Shown here piece after piece: positions 7,822 through 16,023 of a stretch of DNA of 64,000 bases (position 1 is its first letter; each line of letters starts with the position of its first letter). The position numbers and the translations under genes are program-made. This DNA is from an uncultured Alphaproteobacteria bacterium (GTDB lineage: Bacteria; Pseudomonadota; Alphaproteobacteria; Methylaequorales; Methylaequoraceae). Below the pieces are notes generated by a model that did not search any database, was not told the origin of the DNA, and worked only from the letters and a program-made list of their open reading frames with translations. The stretch covers positions 4,477-68,476 of the forward strand of contig CACIYM010000001.1 in NCBI GenBank assembly GCA_902590895.1, read 5' to 3'.

Positions 7822-8229
7822 CTAAATCATTACTTTAGTTTTAAAATTTTGATCTTTTCTCAAGTCTTTTATTTTTTCGATCATTTGGGCTTCCTCTTTT
7901 ATTTTTTTATCAATTTTTTCTTTCTGTTTTTTTATTTTGTTGATTTCACCCAAATAATCGTTCATTTCCTTTTCAAGATGAATTTCTCTATTTGTTGAAA
8001 TTTCAAGTTTTTCTTGAAGATTTTCTCTAAAAGAAGAAGTTTGTCTAAGTTGAGAACTATTTAATATTTCTCCTTCATTAAATGATGATTTTTTAAGCAT
8101 TTCCTTTAAATCTTCACTAATCCTTTCTAATTTTTTTTTTTCTAAACTAAGGGTATTTAGATTTAAAGAGAGCTTATTTTTTTTGATTTTTTTTAATAAA
8201 TTAAGTAGTTGGTATTTTTTTTTTTTCAT
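7822..8229 (-). CDS. fliJ: flagellar export chaperone/stalk protein FliJ-like
   Basis: A 135-aa, entirely coiled-coil, K/E-rich protein lying directly after fliI. Size and position are typical of FliJ. Confidence 0.6.
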   Translation of the reverse strand: MKKKKYQLLNLLKKIKKNKLSLNLNTLSLEKKKLERISEDLKEMLKKSSFNEGEILNSSQLRQTSSFRENLQEKLEISTNREIHLEKEMNDYLGEINKIKKQKEKIDKKIKEEAQMIEKIKDLRKDQNFKTKVMI

Positions 8230-8233
8230 AATG

Positions 8234-9550
8234 TTAAATGTTTTTTAATAAATCCATACTTTGGTTGAAGTCTTCTTTTTTTCTGTAATCTTGCTTGATT
8301 AACTCGCAAATTTTAGGCCATAACTCAATTGCTTTGTCAATTTCTTCATTTTGACCAGTATTGTAACCACCCATTAAAACTAGATCTTTATTTTCTTGAT
8401 ATATTGAAAAATATTTTTTTATCAGCTCAGATTTTTTTCTGTGTTCGTCAGTAATTATTGAATTCATTACTCTACTTAGAGATTGATTGATATCAATTGC
8501 TGGAAAGATACCTAGCTGTGCAAAATCTCTAGACAAAACAATATGTCCGTCAAGAATTGCTCTAGCCGTATCGACCACAGGATCGTTTGTGTCATCTGAA
8601 TCAGCTAAAATTGTATAAAAGCTTGTTATTGTTCCTTCATTTTGTGAACCTGCACCCGTTCTTTCAATTAGATTCGGTATCATTGAAATTACTGATGGAG
8701 GGTATCCTTTTGATGTTGGTTGTTCCCCTAATGCGAGACCAACTTCCCTTTTGGCATGGGCAATTCTTGTTAAAGAATCCATGATTAGCAGAACATTTTT
8801 ACCTTTTGCTCTAAAATATTCGGCAATTGATGTAGCTCTTTCTGCACCTTTAATTCTAAGTAAAGGAGATTTATCTGCCGGAACTGCGATAATTGTTGTT
8901 CTTTTTTTTGTTTCGTCATTAAGTATATCTGAAACAAAATTACCAAGCTCTCTCCCTCTTTCACCTATTAATGCTACTATCACAATGTCTGCATTTGTAA
9001 ATTTTGTCATCATTCCTAAAAGCATTGATTTACCAACTCCAGAGCCAGCTATAATTCCTAATCTTTGACCTCTACCAACAGTGAACATTGTATTAATTGC
9101 CTTTATTCCTACATCCAAAGTTTCACTTATTGGTTTACGCTTCATTGGATTAATTGGTTTACCATTCAAAGGCCAATGATCATTCAAGGAAATTTTTTTA
9201 CTTTCTTCATCAATAGGGTTTCCAAATGCATCGACTACTCTTCCCAAAATTTCATCCCCAACTTCAATGTTGGTGCTGGTATCGAGTGCCTCAATTATTG
9301 AACCAGAGATGAGATTTGCATTTTGGTTGTGAACAGCAATTAAATTTTTATTCTCTCTAAAACCAATAATTTCACCAGTTACGTTATCATCATTGTTACA
9401 ATATATTTTGCAAACAGTGCCAATTGGAGAAGGAAAGGCGTCACATTCAATAATTTTTCCATCAAATTTTGTGATTCTACTTTTGTAGGAGATATTTTTG
9501 TTAATTGAAAACTTTTCTAAATTTTCATTTATTTTTTTGGCTATAATCAT
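8234..9550 (-). CDS. fliI: flagellum-specific ATPase FliI
   Basis: 438 aa. Has Walker A GSGVGKS, Walker B LLIMDSLTR, and an F1/T3SS-ATPase-like sequence throughout. Confidence 0.95.
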   Translation of the reverse strand: MIIAKKINENLEKFSINKNISYKSRITKFDGKIIECDAFPSPIGTVCKIYCNNDDNVTGEIIGFRENKNLIAVHNQNANLISGSIIEALDTSTNIEVGDEILGRVVDAFGNPIDEESKKISLNDHWPLNGKPINPMKRKPISETLDVGIKAINTMFTVGRGQRLGIIAGSGVGKSMLLGMMTKFTNADIVIVALIGERGRELGNFVSDILNDETKKRTTIIAVPADKSPLLRIKGAERATSIAEYFRAKGKNVLLIMDSLTRIAHAKREVGLALGEQPTSKGYPPSVISMIPNLIERTGAGSQNEGTITSFYTILADSDDTNDPVVDTARAILDGHIVLSRDFAQLGIFPAIDINQSLSRVMNSIITDEHRKKSELIKKYFSIYQENKDLVLMGGYNTGQNEEIDKAIELWPKICELIKQDYRKKEDFNQSMDLLKNI

Positions 9551-10470
9551 TTTTTACTAGTATCTGACACATCATTATTTTTCAAAGTTTTATTATTATT
9601 ATTATTTTCTTGATTTTGATTTGAATTACTTTCAATATTCTTCTTAAGATCTTCTAAATCTTCATTAATATTAGATGATTGAACAAATTTAGTTTTATTA
9701 GAGAGTATATTTGCTACTTCAATAGATCCCGATTTTATTTTTAAATCACCACGTTGAAGATCATTATCAATTTCAAGTTTTTGATCAATATTTATTTTGT
9801 GGTCGGTAAGATATTTTGAAACAGATTCAAAATCTTCTTTATTAAGAAAAATTTTAACTTGCTTGAGAGAATTTTCAATTAAGTTACTTAATTCAGAAAC
9901 TTTTTCAAAAAATTTTTCTGTTTTTGTATCGATTTCATACCCTAGCATTTGTCTAGAAATTTTTTTCAAATTAGTGTTGATTTGATCATTTATCTGTCTG
10001 ATAAAATCAGGGGTCACTGTAAATATATTGTCAGCAAGATTTTTAAAGTTTACAGCAAGTGCCTGTTCACCTTTTTCAAGTTCCTCTTTGACTTTTTTTA
10101 CGCCGAGGTTGTAACCTTTATTATAATATTCTTTTGCAAGTTCGTTGGCCATTTTTTTTGCTTCTGTTTCAGTAATTTTTTTTTCTTCAATAGTTTCCTC
10201 TTTTTTTTCTTCTTCAGTTTCATCTTTCTTCACTTCTTTATCAACAATCTCAGGCTGCTCAGTTTTTTTTAAATTTTGTGAGTTTGACAAAGCCATATCC
10301 TTTGGTGTTTTTTTATTAAAAAGATACGAAACGTTTTCAGTAATTTCAGATTCTTTCTTGAAGTCTTGACTTGTTTTACTTAACAAACTTAGGATTTCTT
10401 CAGTATTTAAAGCACCAGTATTTTTTTTGTCTTGATCTTTTTTTTTTTGATTTTCTTGGATCTGCATCAT
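9547..10470 (-). CDS. fliH: flagellar assembly protein FliH-like
   Basis: Lies between fliG and fliI with 4-nt overlaps on both sides. Has a central coiled-coil segment (EAKKMANELAKEYYNKGYNLGVKKVKEELEKGEQ) typical of FliH. The N- and C-termini are low complexity. Confidence 0.65.
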   Translation of the reverse strand: MMQIQENQKKKDQDKKNTGALNTEEILSLLSKTSQDFKKESEITENVSYLFNKKTPKDMALSNSQNLKKTEQPEIVDKEVKKDETEEEKKEETIEEKKITETEAKKMANELAKEYYNKGYNLGVKKVKEELEKGEQALAVNFKNLADNIFTVTPDFIRQINDQINTNLKKISRQMLGYEIDTKTEKFFEKVSELSNLIENSLKQVKIFLNKEDFESVSKYLTDHKINIDQKLEIDNDLQRGDLKIKSGSIEVANILSNKTKFVQSSNINEDLEDLKKNIESNSNQNQENNNNNKTLKNNDVSDTSKK

Positions 10471-11516
10471 ACAAAGTCATCTCCACCTCTTCCAGCTAGA
10501 ACAATAGTTCCTTCATCTGACATTGTTCTTGCAACATTTATTACAGCTTTTTGTGCTTCTTGTACTTCTGTTAATCTTACTGGTCCAAGAACTTCCATCT
10601 CATCTTTAATATTTGCTGCAGCTCTTTGTGACATACAATTAAATATTTTTTCTTTCAGTTCATCCTCTGTCCCTTTTAGAGCAATAATTAAAATCTCTTG
10701 ATCAACATTTCTTAAAAGAGTTTGCATGCTCCTGTCATCCATTAAAATTAAAGTTTCAAATGTGAACATACTTTCTTGTATTTCTTTTGCTAGGTGTCTA
10801 TCTTTTTCACCCAAGGATTTAATAACTCTTTGTTCCATATTTTGCTTAGTGAAGTTCATTATTGAAGCTGCTGCTTTTATCCCACCGACTGAAGATGCTC
10901 TAAGAGAAGTATTAGTTTTAAATTTAAGTTGCATAACTCTTTCGAGCTCAGCTAAAGCATCAGGCTGGACTGTTTCAAGTGTTGCTATTCTGTGAATTAT
11001 GTCCGACTGAATGTCTTCTGGAAGTAAAACAAGTACATCCGCAGCTACCCCTGGTTCAAGATATGAAATAATGAGAGACATAATTTGCGGATGTTCATCC
11101 GCTATTAGTTCTGCAACTGACCTAGCATCCATCCAATCAAGAATTTCAATAGGTTTATCACTTTCAGTAGGTGTAATTCTTCCAAGAACTGACTGTGCTT
11201 TATTTTCGCCTAAAGCTTTTGTCATAACATTTTTGATATAATTAGATGAGCCCATTCCAAGATCAGTTTGCGTTTTTATTATCGCAAGAAATTCATCTAA
11301 AACTTTATTTACCGTGTCTTGATCTAACCCTTGAACATTATACATCTCTTTACCAAGCTGTTGAACTTCTTTTGGCCCAAGATTTCTTAGGATTTCCGAT
11401 GCTTCATCTTCTCCCAATAACATCATTAATATTGCGCATTTTTGTGTGCTGGTCAGTTTTTCGTAAAATGAAAGTTCTTCTTCGTTTTTATTTTCTTCTG
11501 TTTGTTTTTCGGCCAT
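10467..11516 (-). CDS. fliG: flagellar motor switch protein FliG
   Basis: 349 aa with the MFTFETL motif and a typical LTSTQKCAILMMLLGEDEASEILRNL N-terminus. The charged C-terminal torque helix region is present. Confidence 0.95.
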   Translation of the reverse strand: MAEKQTEENKNEEELSFYEKLTSTQKCAILMMLLGEDEASEILRNLGPKEVQQLGKEMYNVQGLDQDTVNKVLDEFLAIIKTQTDLGMGSSNYIKNVMTKALGENKAQSVLGRITPTESDKPIEILDWMDARSVAELIADEHPQIMSLIISYLEPGVAADVLVLLPEDIQSDIIHRIATLETVQPDALAELERVMQLKFKTNTSLRASSVGGIKAAASIMNFTKQNMEQRVIKSLGEKDRHLAKEIQESMFTFETLILMDDRSMQTLLRNVDQEILIIALKGTEDELKEKIFNCMSQRAAANIKDEMEVLGPVRLTEVQEAQKAVINVARTMSDEGTIVLAGRGGDDFV

Positions 11517-11535
11517 TTAAAATTCCTTTTTATTA

Positions 11536-13254
11536 CTATGCATCTTTTTTCATTAGTTGTCTAAATACATTTGATACCTTCCCTGCTTCATCTCCCACAA
11601 TCATTCTGATTACTGCCACTTTATCGTCATATGTGTTAGCAGTATCTAGCATTTCAGCTGAAATTGCAGTTTTCTTAGGTTTTAATTTAGCTTTTATATC
11701 CTCTATTGATTCACCTTCTTGAACCTCTACCTCGGCTTCTGCTTCTTCTGGTTCAAGATCTGCTTCAGACATTCCAGCTCCAGCACCAACTCCTGCTGAT
11801 GGCACTAAAATTCTATTTAACAATGGTTTCAAAGCCCCGAATGTAACAATTGCTAAGATAAGAACGGTAGAAATTTGACCAATAAGATTTTGAAACCATG
11901 ATTCTTCATACCATTTAGTTGATATTAAATCCATCTCTTCAATGAAATCTCCACTTGTCACAACAATGCTATCGCCTCTATCACCGTTAAATCCTACTGC
12001 CTCCTTTACAAGCGAGGAGATTTTTTCTTTATCTTCTTCACTAATTGGTTCAGAAACGATACCCTCTGGTGACTCGACAGCTTTGTTTTTTACTAAAACT
12101 GCTGTTTTTACTCTTCTAATTTTACCAATTTGACCAACAGTTGTACTAAGTTTTTTACTAACTTCATAATTCTTCACATTTGATGATGATCTTTGTTTGA
12201 ATTCTGCTGGGTCACCCTCGACTGGAGTGTCAATTTGTAAATCAGCTGCAAGAGGAGCTTGATTTGCAACTGCTCCTGGAATACCTCTTGCGGGTCTATC
12301 TGTTGACTCATCCAAACTGTTTTGTTCACTTCTTGGCGCAATGGTTTCTGGGTCGAATGTCTCCTCAGTGGTTTGGGTATTTGTAAAGTCCATTTCTACA
12401 TTTACTTCAGCGGTGATGTTTCCTGCTCCAACTATTGGTGAAACCAAAGATAAAATTCTCTCTCTGTAAAGTGACTCAATCTTAATCCTGTGATTAAGCT
12501 GTTTTTCAGTTAAAGCTATATTAGGATCGTTTTCAGGCTTTGAAAGAAGTTTACCATACTGATCAACAACAGTTACATTATCAGAAGACATATTAGGAAT
12601 AGATGATGAAACAATATGGACTATGGATCTTACCTGTTCACGATTCAGAACTCTGCCGTCAGCAAGTTTCACAAAAACTGAGGCTGTTGGAGATGCAGAG
12701 TTTCTTACAAAAACAGATCTCTCTGGTATCGCCAAGTGCACTCTTGCACCTAAAATGTAAGAGATTTCATTTATTGACCTAGCTAATTCTATTTCTTGTG
12801 TTTGTTTCATCTTCATAAATTCTACTGATCGACTTGTTCCCATAGGAATTTTCTCTAAAATGTCATATCCCTGAGGTATAGAACTTGGAAGACCTTCCGC
12901 TGCAAGTTTCATTTTTGCTTCATAATATTCTGGTGATGGGACAAGTATTTCGCCGGTAGTAGAGTCAATCGAGACATCTATTCCATTAGATCTAAGTACA
13001 TCAATAACCCTTGATTTTTCATGTTCTGGTAATGATGAAAATAGTGTTGTTCTAGATGGTTCCTTGAAAGAAAGAAATAAAATCATTCCTATAAAAATTA
13101 CAAATAAAGTTATCATTACTGGAATAGATCTTTGAACAGCCGGTTCATTTGAAAGTTTTCTTAACTTTTCAAGTGAGTTCCCAATACTCGAAACAATACC
13201 TTTGTTAGCTAATTGAGCGTTTGTAATTTCAGATGTTTGTACTTGTTCAGCCAT
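11536..13254 (-). CDS. fliF: flagellar MS-ring protein FliF
   Basis: 572 aa with an N-terminal TM, a periplasmic ring-building region and a C-terminal TM. The sequence is typical of FliF (GYDILEKIPMGTSRSVEFMKMKQTQEIELARSI). Confidence 0.95.
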   Translation of the reverse strand: MAEQVQTSEITNAQLANKGIVSSIGNSLEKLRKLSNEPAVQRSIPVMITLFVIFIGMILFLSFKEPSRTTLFSSLPEHEKSRVIDVLRSNGIDVSIDSTTGEILVPSPEYYEAKMKLAAEGLPSSIPQGYDILEKIPMGTSRSVEFMKMKQTQEIELARSINEISYILGARVHLAIPERSVFVRNSASPTASVFVKLADGRVLNREQVRSIVHIVSSSIPNMSSDNVTVVDQYGKLLSKPENDPNIALTEKQLNHRIKIESLYRERILSLVSPIVGAGNITAEVNVEMDFTNTQTTEETFDPETIAPRSEQNSLDESTDRPARGIPGAVANQAPLAADLQIDTPVEGDPAEFKQRSSSNVKNYEVSKKLSTTVGQIGKIRRVKTAVLVKNKAVESPEGIVSEPISEEDKEKISSLVKEAVGFNGDRGDSIVVTSGDFIEEMDLISTKWYEESWFQNLIGQISTVLILAIVTFGALKPLLNRILVPSAGVGAGAGMSEADLEPEEAEAEVEVQEGESIEDIKAKLKPKKTAISAEMLDTANTYDDKVAVIRMIVGDEAGKVSNVFRQLMKKDA

Positions 13255-13272
13255 TTCTTACCCCTTACTGTT

Positions 13273-13617
13273 CTAAACCGGCATATTCATTATATCTTTG
13301 TATGCAGATAAAACCTTATTTCTAATATTTAACGTCATTTGAAATCCTAAACTGGCCATTTGCTGATTTATCATTACTTTGGTTAAATCATTTTCAATTC
13401 CAAGTTCATATTTTTTTGTCAGTTCAGCACTGTGAGTTTGGTTATCTGAAACTTCAGTTATTGCATTCTTTATACTTTGTAAAAAATCAAGATCCCTATT
13501 GTTTTCAATTTTTGGTGAAAGATTTGCGACACTTTCTTGAAGGTTCTTGATTTGTTCTTGGTTGTTATTAGTCTCTACTAATTGAGGTTTAAAAACAGTT
13601 GTTAAATTTGGTTTCAT
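13273..13617 (-). CDS. fliE: flagellar hook-basal body protein FliE
   Basis: 114 aa. The C-terminus NIRNKVLSAYKDIMNMPV matches the conserved FliE end (VRNK..AYQEIM.M). Confidence 0.8.
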   Translation of the reverse strand: MKPNLTTVFKPQLVETNNNQEQIKNLQESVANLSPKIENNRDLDFLQSIKNAITEVSDNQTHSAELTKKYELGIENDLTKVMINQQMASLGFQMTLNIRNKVLSAYKDIMNMPV

Positions 13618-13635
13618 TTTTATCTTTCTTAAAGT

Positions 13636-14781
13636 TTATAATGCTGCCTGCGAAATCTTTTCGTCAAAATTTTTATATAAATTGTTATTGCAACTCACAT
13701 CAACCATAATGTGACTTTCATCTATGATTTTATCATCACTTAAAACAATTGCTCTTTGCAAAACATTTTCTAGTTCTCTAACATTTCCTGGCCAACTATA
13801 ACTAGTAAGAATTTTTTTTGCTTTATCTGTTATAAAAGGAAGTTTTCCGAATTCTGTGTGTCTTTTAAGTAATGCTATACTAATAGGTATAATATCATCT
13901 GTTCTTTCAGATAAATGTAGTGTTTCAATAGGAAAAACATTTAGTCTATAGTAAAGATCCTCTCTGAATTTTTTTTCTTTGACTTCTTCAATCATGTTCC
14001 TGTTTGTTGTTGCTATCACTCTTACATCAACATCTATATCTCTTTGTCCTCCAATTGGCGTTACTTTCTTTTCTTGTAAAACCCTCAATAATTTGGCTTG
14101 AAGAGATAAAGGCATTTCTGAAATTTCGTCAAGTAATAGTGTTCCAGTATCAGCAGCTCTAAAAATACCTTTATTTGCCGACGAGGCACCTGTAAAAGCA
14201 CCTTTTTCATGTCCAAAAAGCATCGCTTCTAACATATTTTCTGGGATTGCCGCGCAATTTATTGCAACAAATGGTTTTTCAGATCTAACAGAATTTTGGT
14301 GAATATAGTTTGAAATTACCTCTTTGCCTGTCCCCGTCGGTCCATGTATAAAAACGGTAACATCTGTCTTTGCAACTTTTTCAGCCATTTTAACTAAAGA
14401 ATATGTTTTGGGATCAGAAAAACTGTATTTGTCATCAGAAAGTGACTGAAAAATGATTTCTAAAATTACGTCATTAAAATCTTTGAGTGAAATTATCACA
14501 TAAGCTCCACCTAAATCATTTTGCATTTCGTAACCTGCTTCAGATTTTTCTAAAACTAGTATATTAGTAGAACCAAAGGTTCTGGAAACTTTTAAAATCT
14601 CTGATTTTCCCCCAATTTTTTCTTGCAAATTTTTAGCGCAAATAATTGTTGATTTGTTTTTTTCAATTTTTTTAATTTCATTTAAACTTATTGTTTGTAC
14701 ATTAAGATTCTTTTTCTTTAAAAAATTTAGTACTAAATTTTTTTCTTCAAAATTTTCTTCTATAATAAATATTTCTTTCAT
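13636..14781 (-). CDS. sigma54-dependent activator with a degenerate REC-like N-domain and AAA+ core but no DNA-binding domain (FleT/FlrC-like)
   Basis: Has Walker A GPTGTGKE, the GAFTGA loop ([10 protein letters not shown]), LLLDEI and PGNVRELEN. The N-terminal ~125 aa looks REC-like but has IFIIEEN in place of the DD pocket and no acceptor Asp (STIICAKNL). The protein ends ~45 aa after the AAA+ lid with no Fis-type HTH. It is the first gene of the fliE-fliJ string (18 nt before fliE). Confidence 0.85.
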   Translation of the reverse strand: MKEIFIIEENFEEKNLVLNFLKKKNLNVQTISLNEIKKIEKNKSTIICAKNLQEKIGGKSEILKVSRTFGSTNILVLEKSEAGYEMQNDLGGAYVIISLKDFNDVILEIIFQSLSDDKYSFSDPKTYSLVKMAEKVAKTDVTVFIHGPTGTGKEVISNYIHQNSVRSEKPFVAINCAAIPENMLEAMLFGHEKGAFTGASSANKGIFRAADTGTLLLDEISEMPLSLQAKLLRVLQEKKVTPIGGQRDIDVDVRVIATTNRNMIEEVKEKKFREDLYYRLNVFPIETLHLSERTDDIIPISIALLKRHTEFGKLPFITDKAKKILTSYSWPGNVRELENVLQRAIVLSDDKIIDESHIMVDVSCNNNLYKNFDEKISQAAL

Positions 14782-14811
14782 TTGTAACCTTGATAAAGTT
14801 TCTAAGCTAAA

Positions 14812-14827
14812 AGCAAAAAACTTACCA
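14812..14827 (-). promoter_or_regulatory. sigma54-type promoter candidate for the activator-fliEFGHIJ operon
   Basis: The minus strand reads TGGTAA-GTTTT-TTGCT (GG-N10-GC; good -12, weaker -24). It lies 30 nt upstream of the ATG at 14781, with AAGG in the leader. An A19 tract starts 6 nt upstream of the -24 element. Confidence 0.4.
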
Positions 14828-14833
14828 ATTTAC

Positions 14834-14859
14834 TTTTTTTTTTTTTTTTTTTAAAAAAA
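14834..14859. repeat. T19 A7 homopolymer tract in the divergent regulator intergenic region
   Basis: Counted directly: T at 14834-14852 (19) followed by A at 14853-14859 (7). The count agrees with the FFFFFF* ending of the spurious + ORF 14654..14854. Confidence 0.9.
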
Positions 14860-14887
14860 CTGTTTAAAATCAATGACTTAAAATTTT

Positions 14888-14902
14888 TTATTATTATTAT
14901 TA
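14888..14902. repeat. (TTA)5 microsatellite
   Basis: Read directly as ttattattattatta. It lies in the same intergenic region, about 50 nt upstream of the ATG at 14953. Confidence 0.85.
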
Positions 14903-14952
14903 TTTTTTTAATATCATTATCGTCATTTTTCTGACATTATTTTAAAGTTATT

Positions 14953-16023
14953 ATGAATAACATTATTAAAGGAAACTGTGAGGCTACATCAGAGCTGAAA
15001 AAATTGGTAGAAATGGTCTCAATTTCTAATTCAACTGTATTGTTACGTGGTGAGACTGGTTGTGGAAAAGATGTTGTTGCACGAGCAATTCATCAAACTT
15101 CTAAAAGAGCAGGAGAATTGGTCAATGTAAACTGTGCAGCTATACCCTCCGAGTTATTAGAGTCAGAGCTTTTTGGTCATGAAAAAGGTGCATTTACAGG
15201 AGCAGATAACAGAAGAGAGGGAAGATTTGAGGCCTCAGACCAAGGTACACTTTTTCTTGACGAAATTGGCGATATGCCCCTTCCTCTTCAGGCAAAATTA
15301 TTAAGAGCCATTGAAACAAGAACTATACAAAGAGTAGGGGGTAAAGGTGAAATCAAACTGGATCTTAGACTTATTTGTGCAACACATCAAAATATCGAAA
15401 AGAAAATTGATGAGGGTCTCTTTAGGGCTGATTTATTTTATAGAATTAATGTGTTTCCAATTGAAATCCCCACTTTAGCTGAAAGAAAGGAAGATATTCC
15501 AATATTAGTTACGCACATTTTAAATGAAATAAGAGAAAATGGATCAAAGTCTCCTTCATTTGAGGAATCGGCTTTAACTGCCTTAAAAGAGTATGTTTGG
15601 CCTGGTAACATAAGAGAATTAAAAAATTTAATTGAAAGAGCGGCAATCATTTTTGGAGACAAAAAAATCAATGGGAAGAACATAAGAGAAAATTTACTAA
15701 AAATCAATCTTCCAGATTTCAAAGAGGAAAAGGATGTTTTATGGGATTTAACATCTGATCTTGCAGAAGTTGAAGAAAAGACAGAGCAAAATCATGACGA
15801 GAGTTCAATGCCGCATCCTAATCATTACAAAAAATGGTTTGAATATTTAGATAAAATAGATTTAAGGAGACACCTAAGCGAAATAGAGTATATTTTAATT
15901 GAAGGGGCCTTAAAAAAAAATAGTGGATCGGTAACAGCTGCTTCAAAAAGTCTTAAAATTAACAGAACCACCCTAATTGAAAAAATGAAAAAATATTCAA
16001 TTCCAAAAGCAGGAAATGATTAA
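14953..16023 (+). CDS. sigma54-dependent activator with AAA+ core plus C-terminal Fis-type HTH and no N-terminal sensor domain (FleQ/PspF-like architecture)
   Basis: Starts directly in the AAA+ module (GETGCGKD at aa 33-40). Has [25 protein letters not shown] and a C-terminal HTH ([24 protein letters not shown]). An in-frame TGA at 14932-14934 excludes an N-terminal extension. Confidence 0.9.
   Translation: MNNIIKGNCEATSELKKLVEMVSISNSTVLLRGETGCGKDVVARAIHQTSKRAGELVNVNCAAIPSELLESELFGHEKGAFTGADNRREGRFEASDQGTLFLDEIGDMPLPLQAKLLRAIETRTIQRVGGKGEIKLDLRLICATHQNIEKKIDEGLFRADLFYRINVFPIEIPTLAERKEDIPILVTHILNEIRENGSKSPSFEESALTALKEYVWPGNIRELKNLIERAAIIFGDKKINGKNIRENLLKINLPDFKEEKDVLWDLTSDLAEVEEKTEQNHDESSMPHPNHYKKWFEYLDKIDLRRHLSEIEYILIEGALKKNSGSVTAASKSLKINRTTLIEKMKKYSIPKAGND

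Noticed and set aside
4352-7850. A shared heptamer ACTAAAG upstream of the fliO and fliK sigma54 promoters, 11 and 21 nt from the GG. I considered it as a possible activator-binding site.
   Set aside because: There are only two occurrences of a short AT-rich word. It is absent upstream of the other two promoters, and it lies too close to the -24 element for a typical enhancer. The evidence is insufficient without statistics or comparative data.
6497-10470. N/K/S-rich low-complexity regions in FliK and FliH, considered as unusual domains.
   Set aside because: FliK and FliH are intrinsically variable and partly disordered in other bacteria. The composition mirrors the genome-wide AT bias. The conserved C-terminal (FliK) and central (FliH) segments are present.
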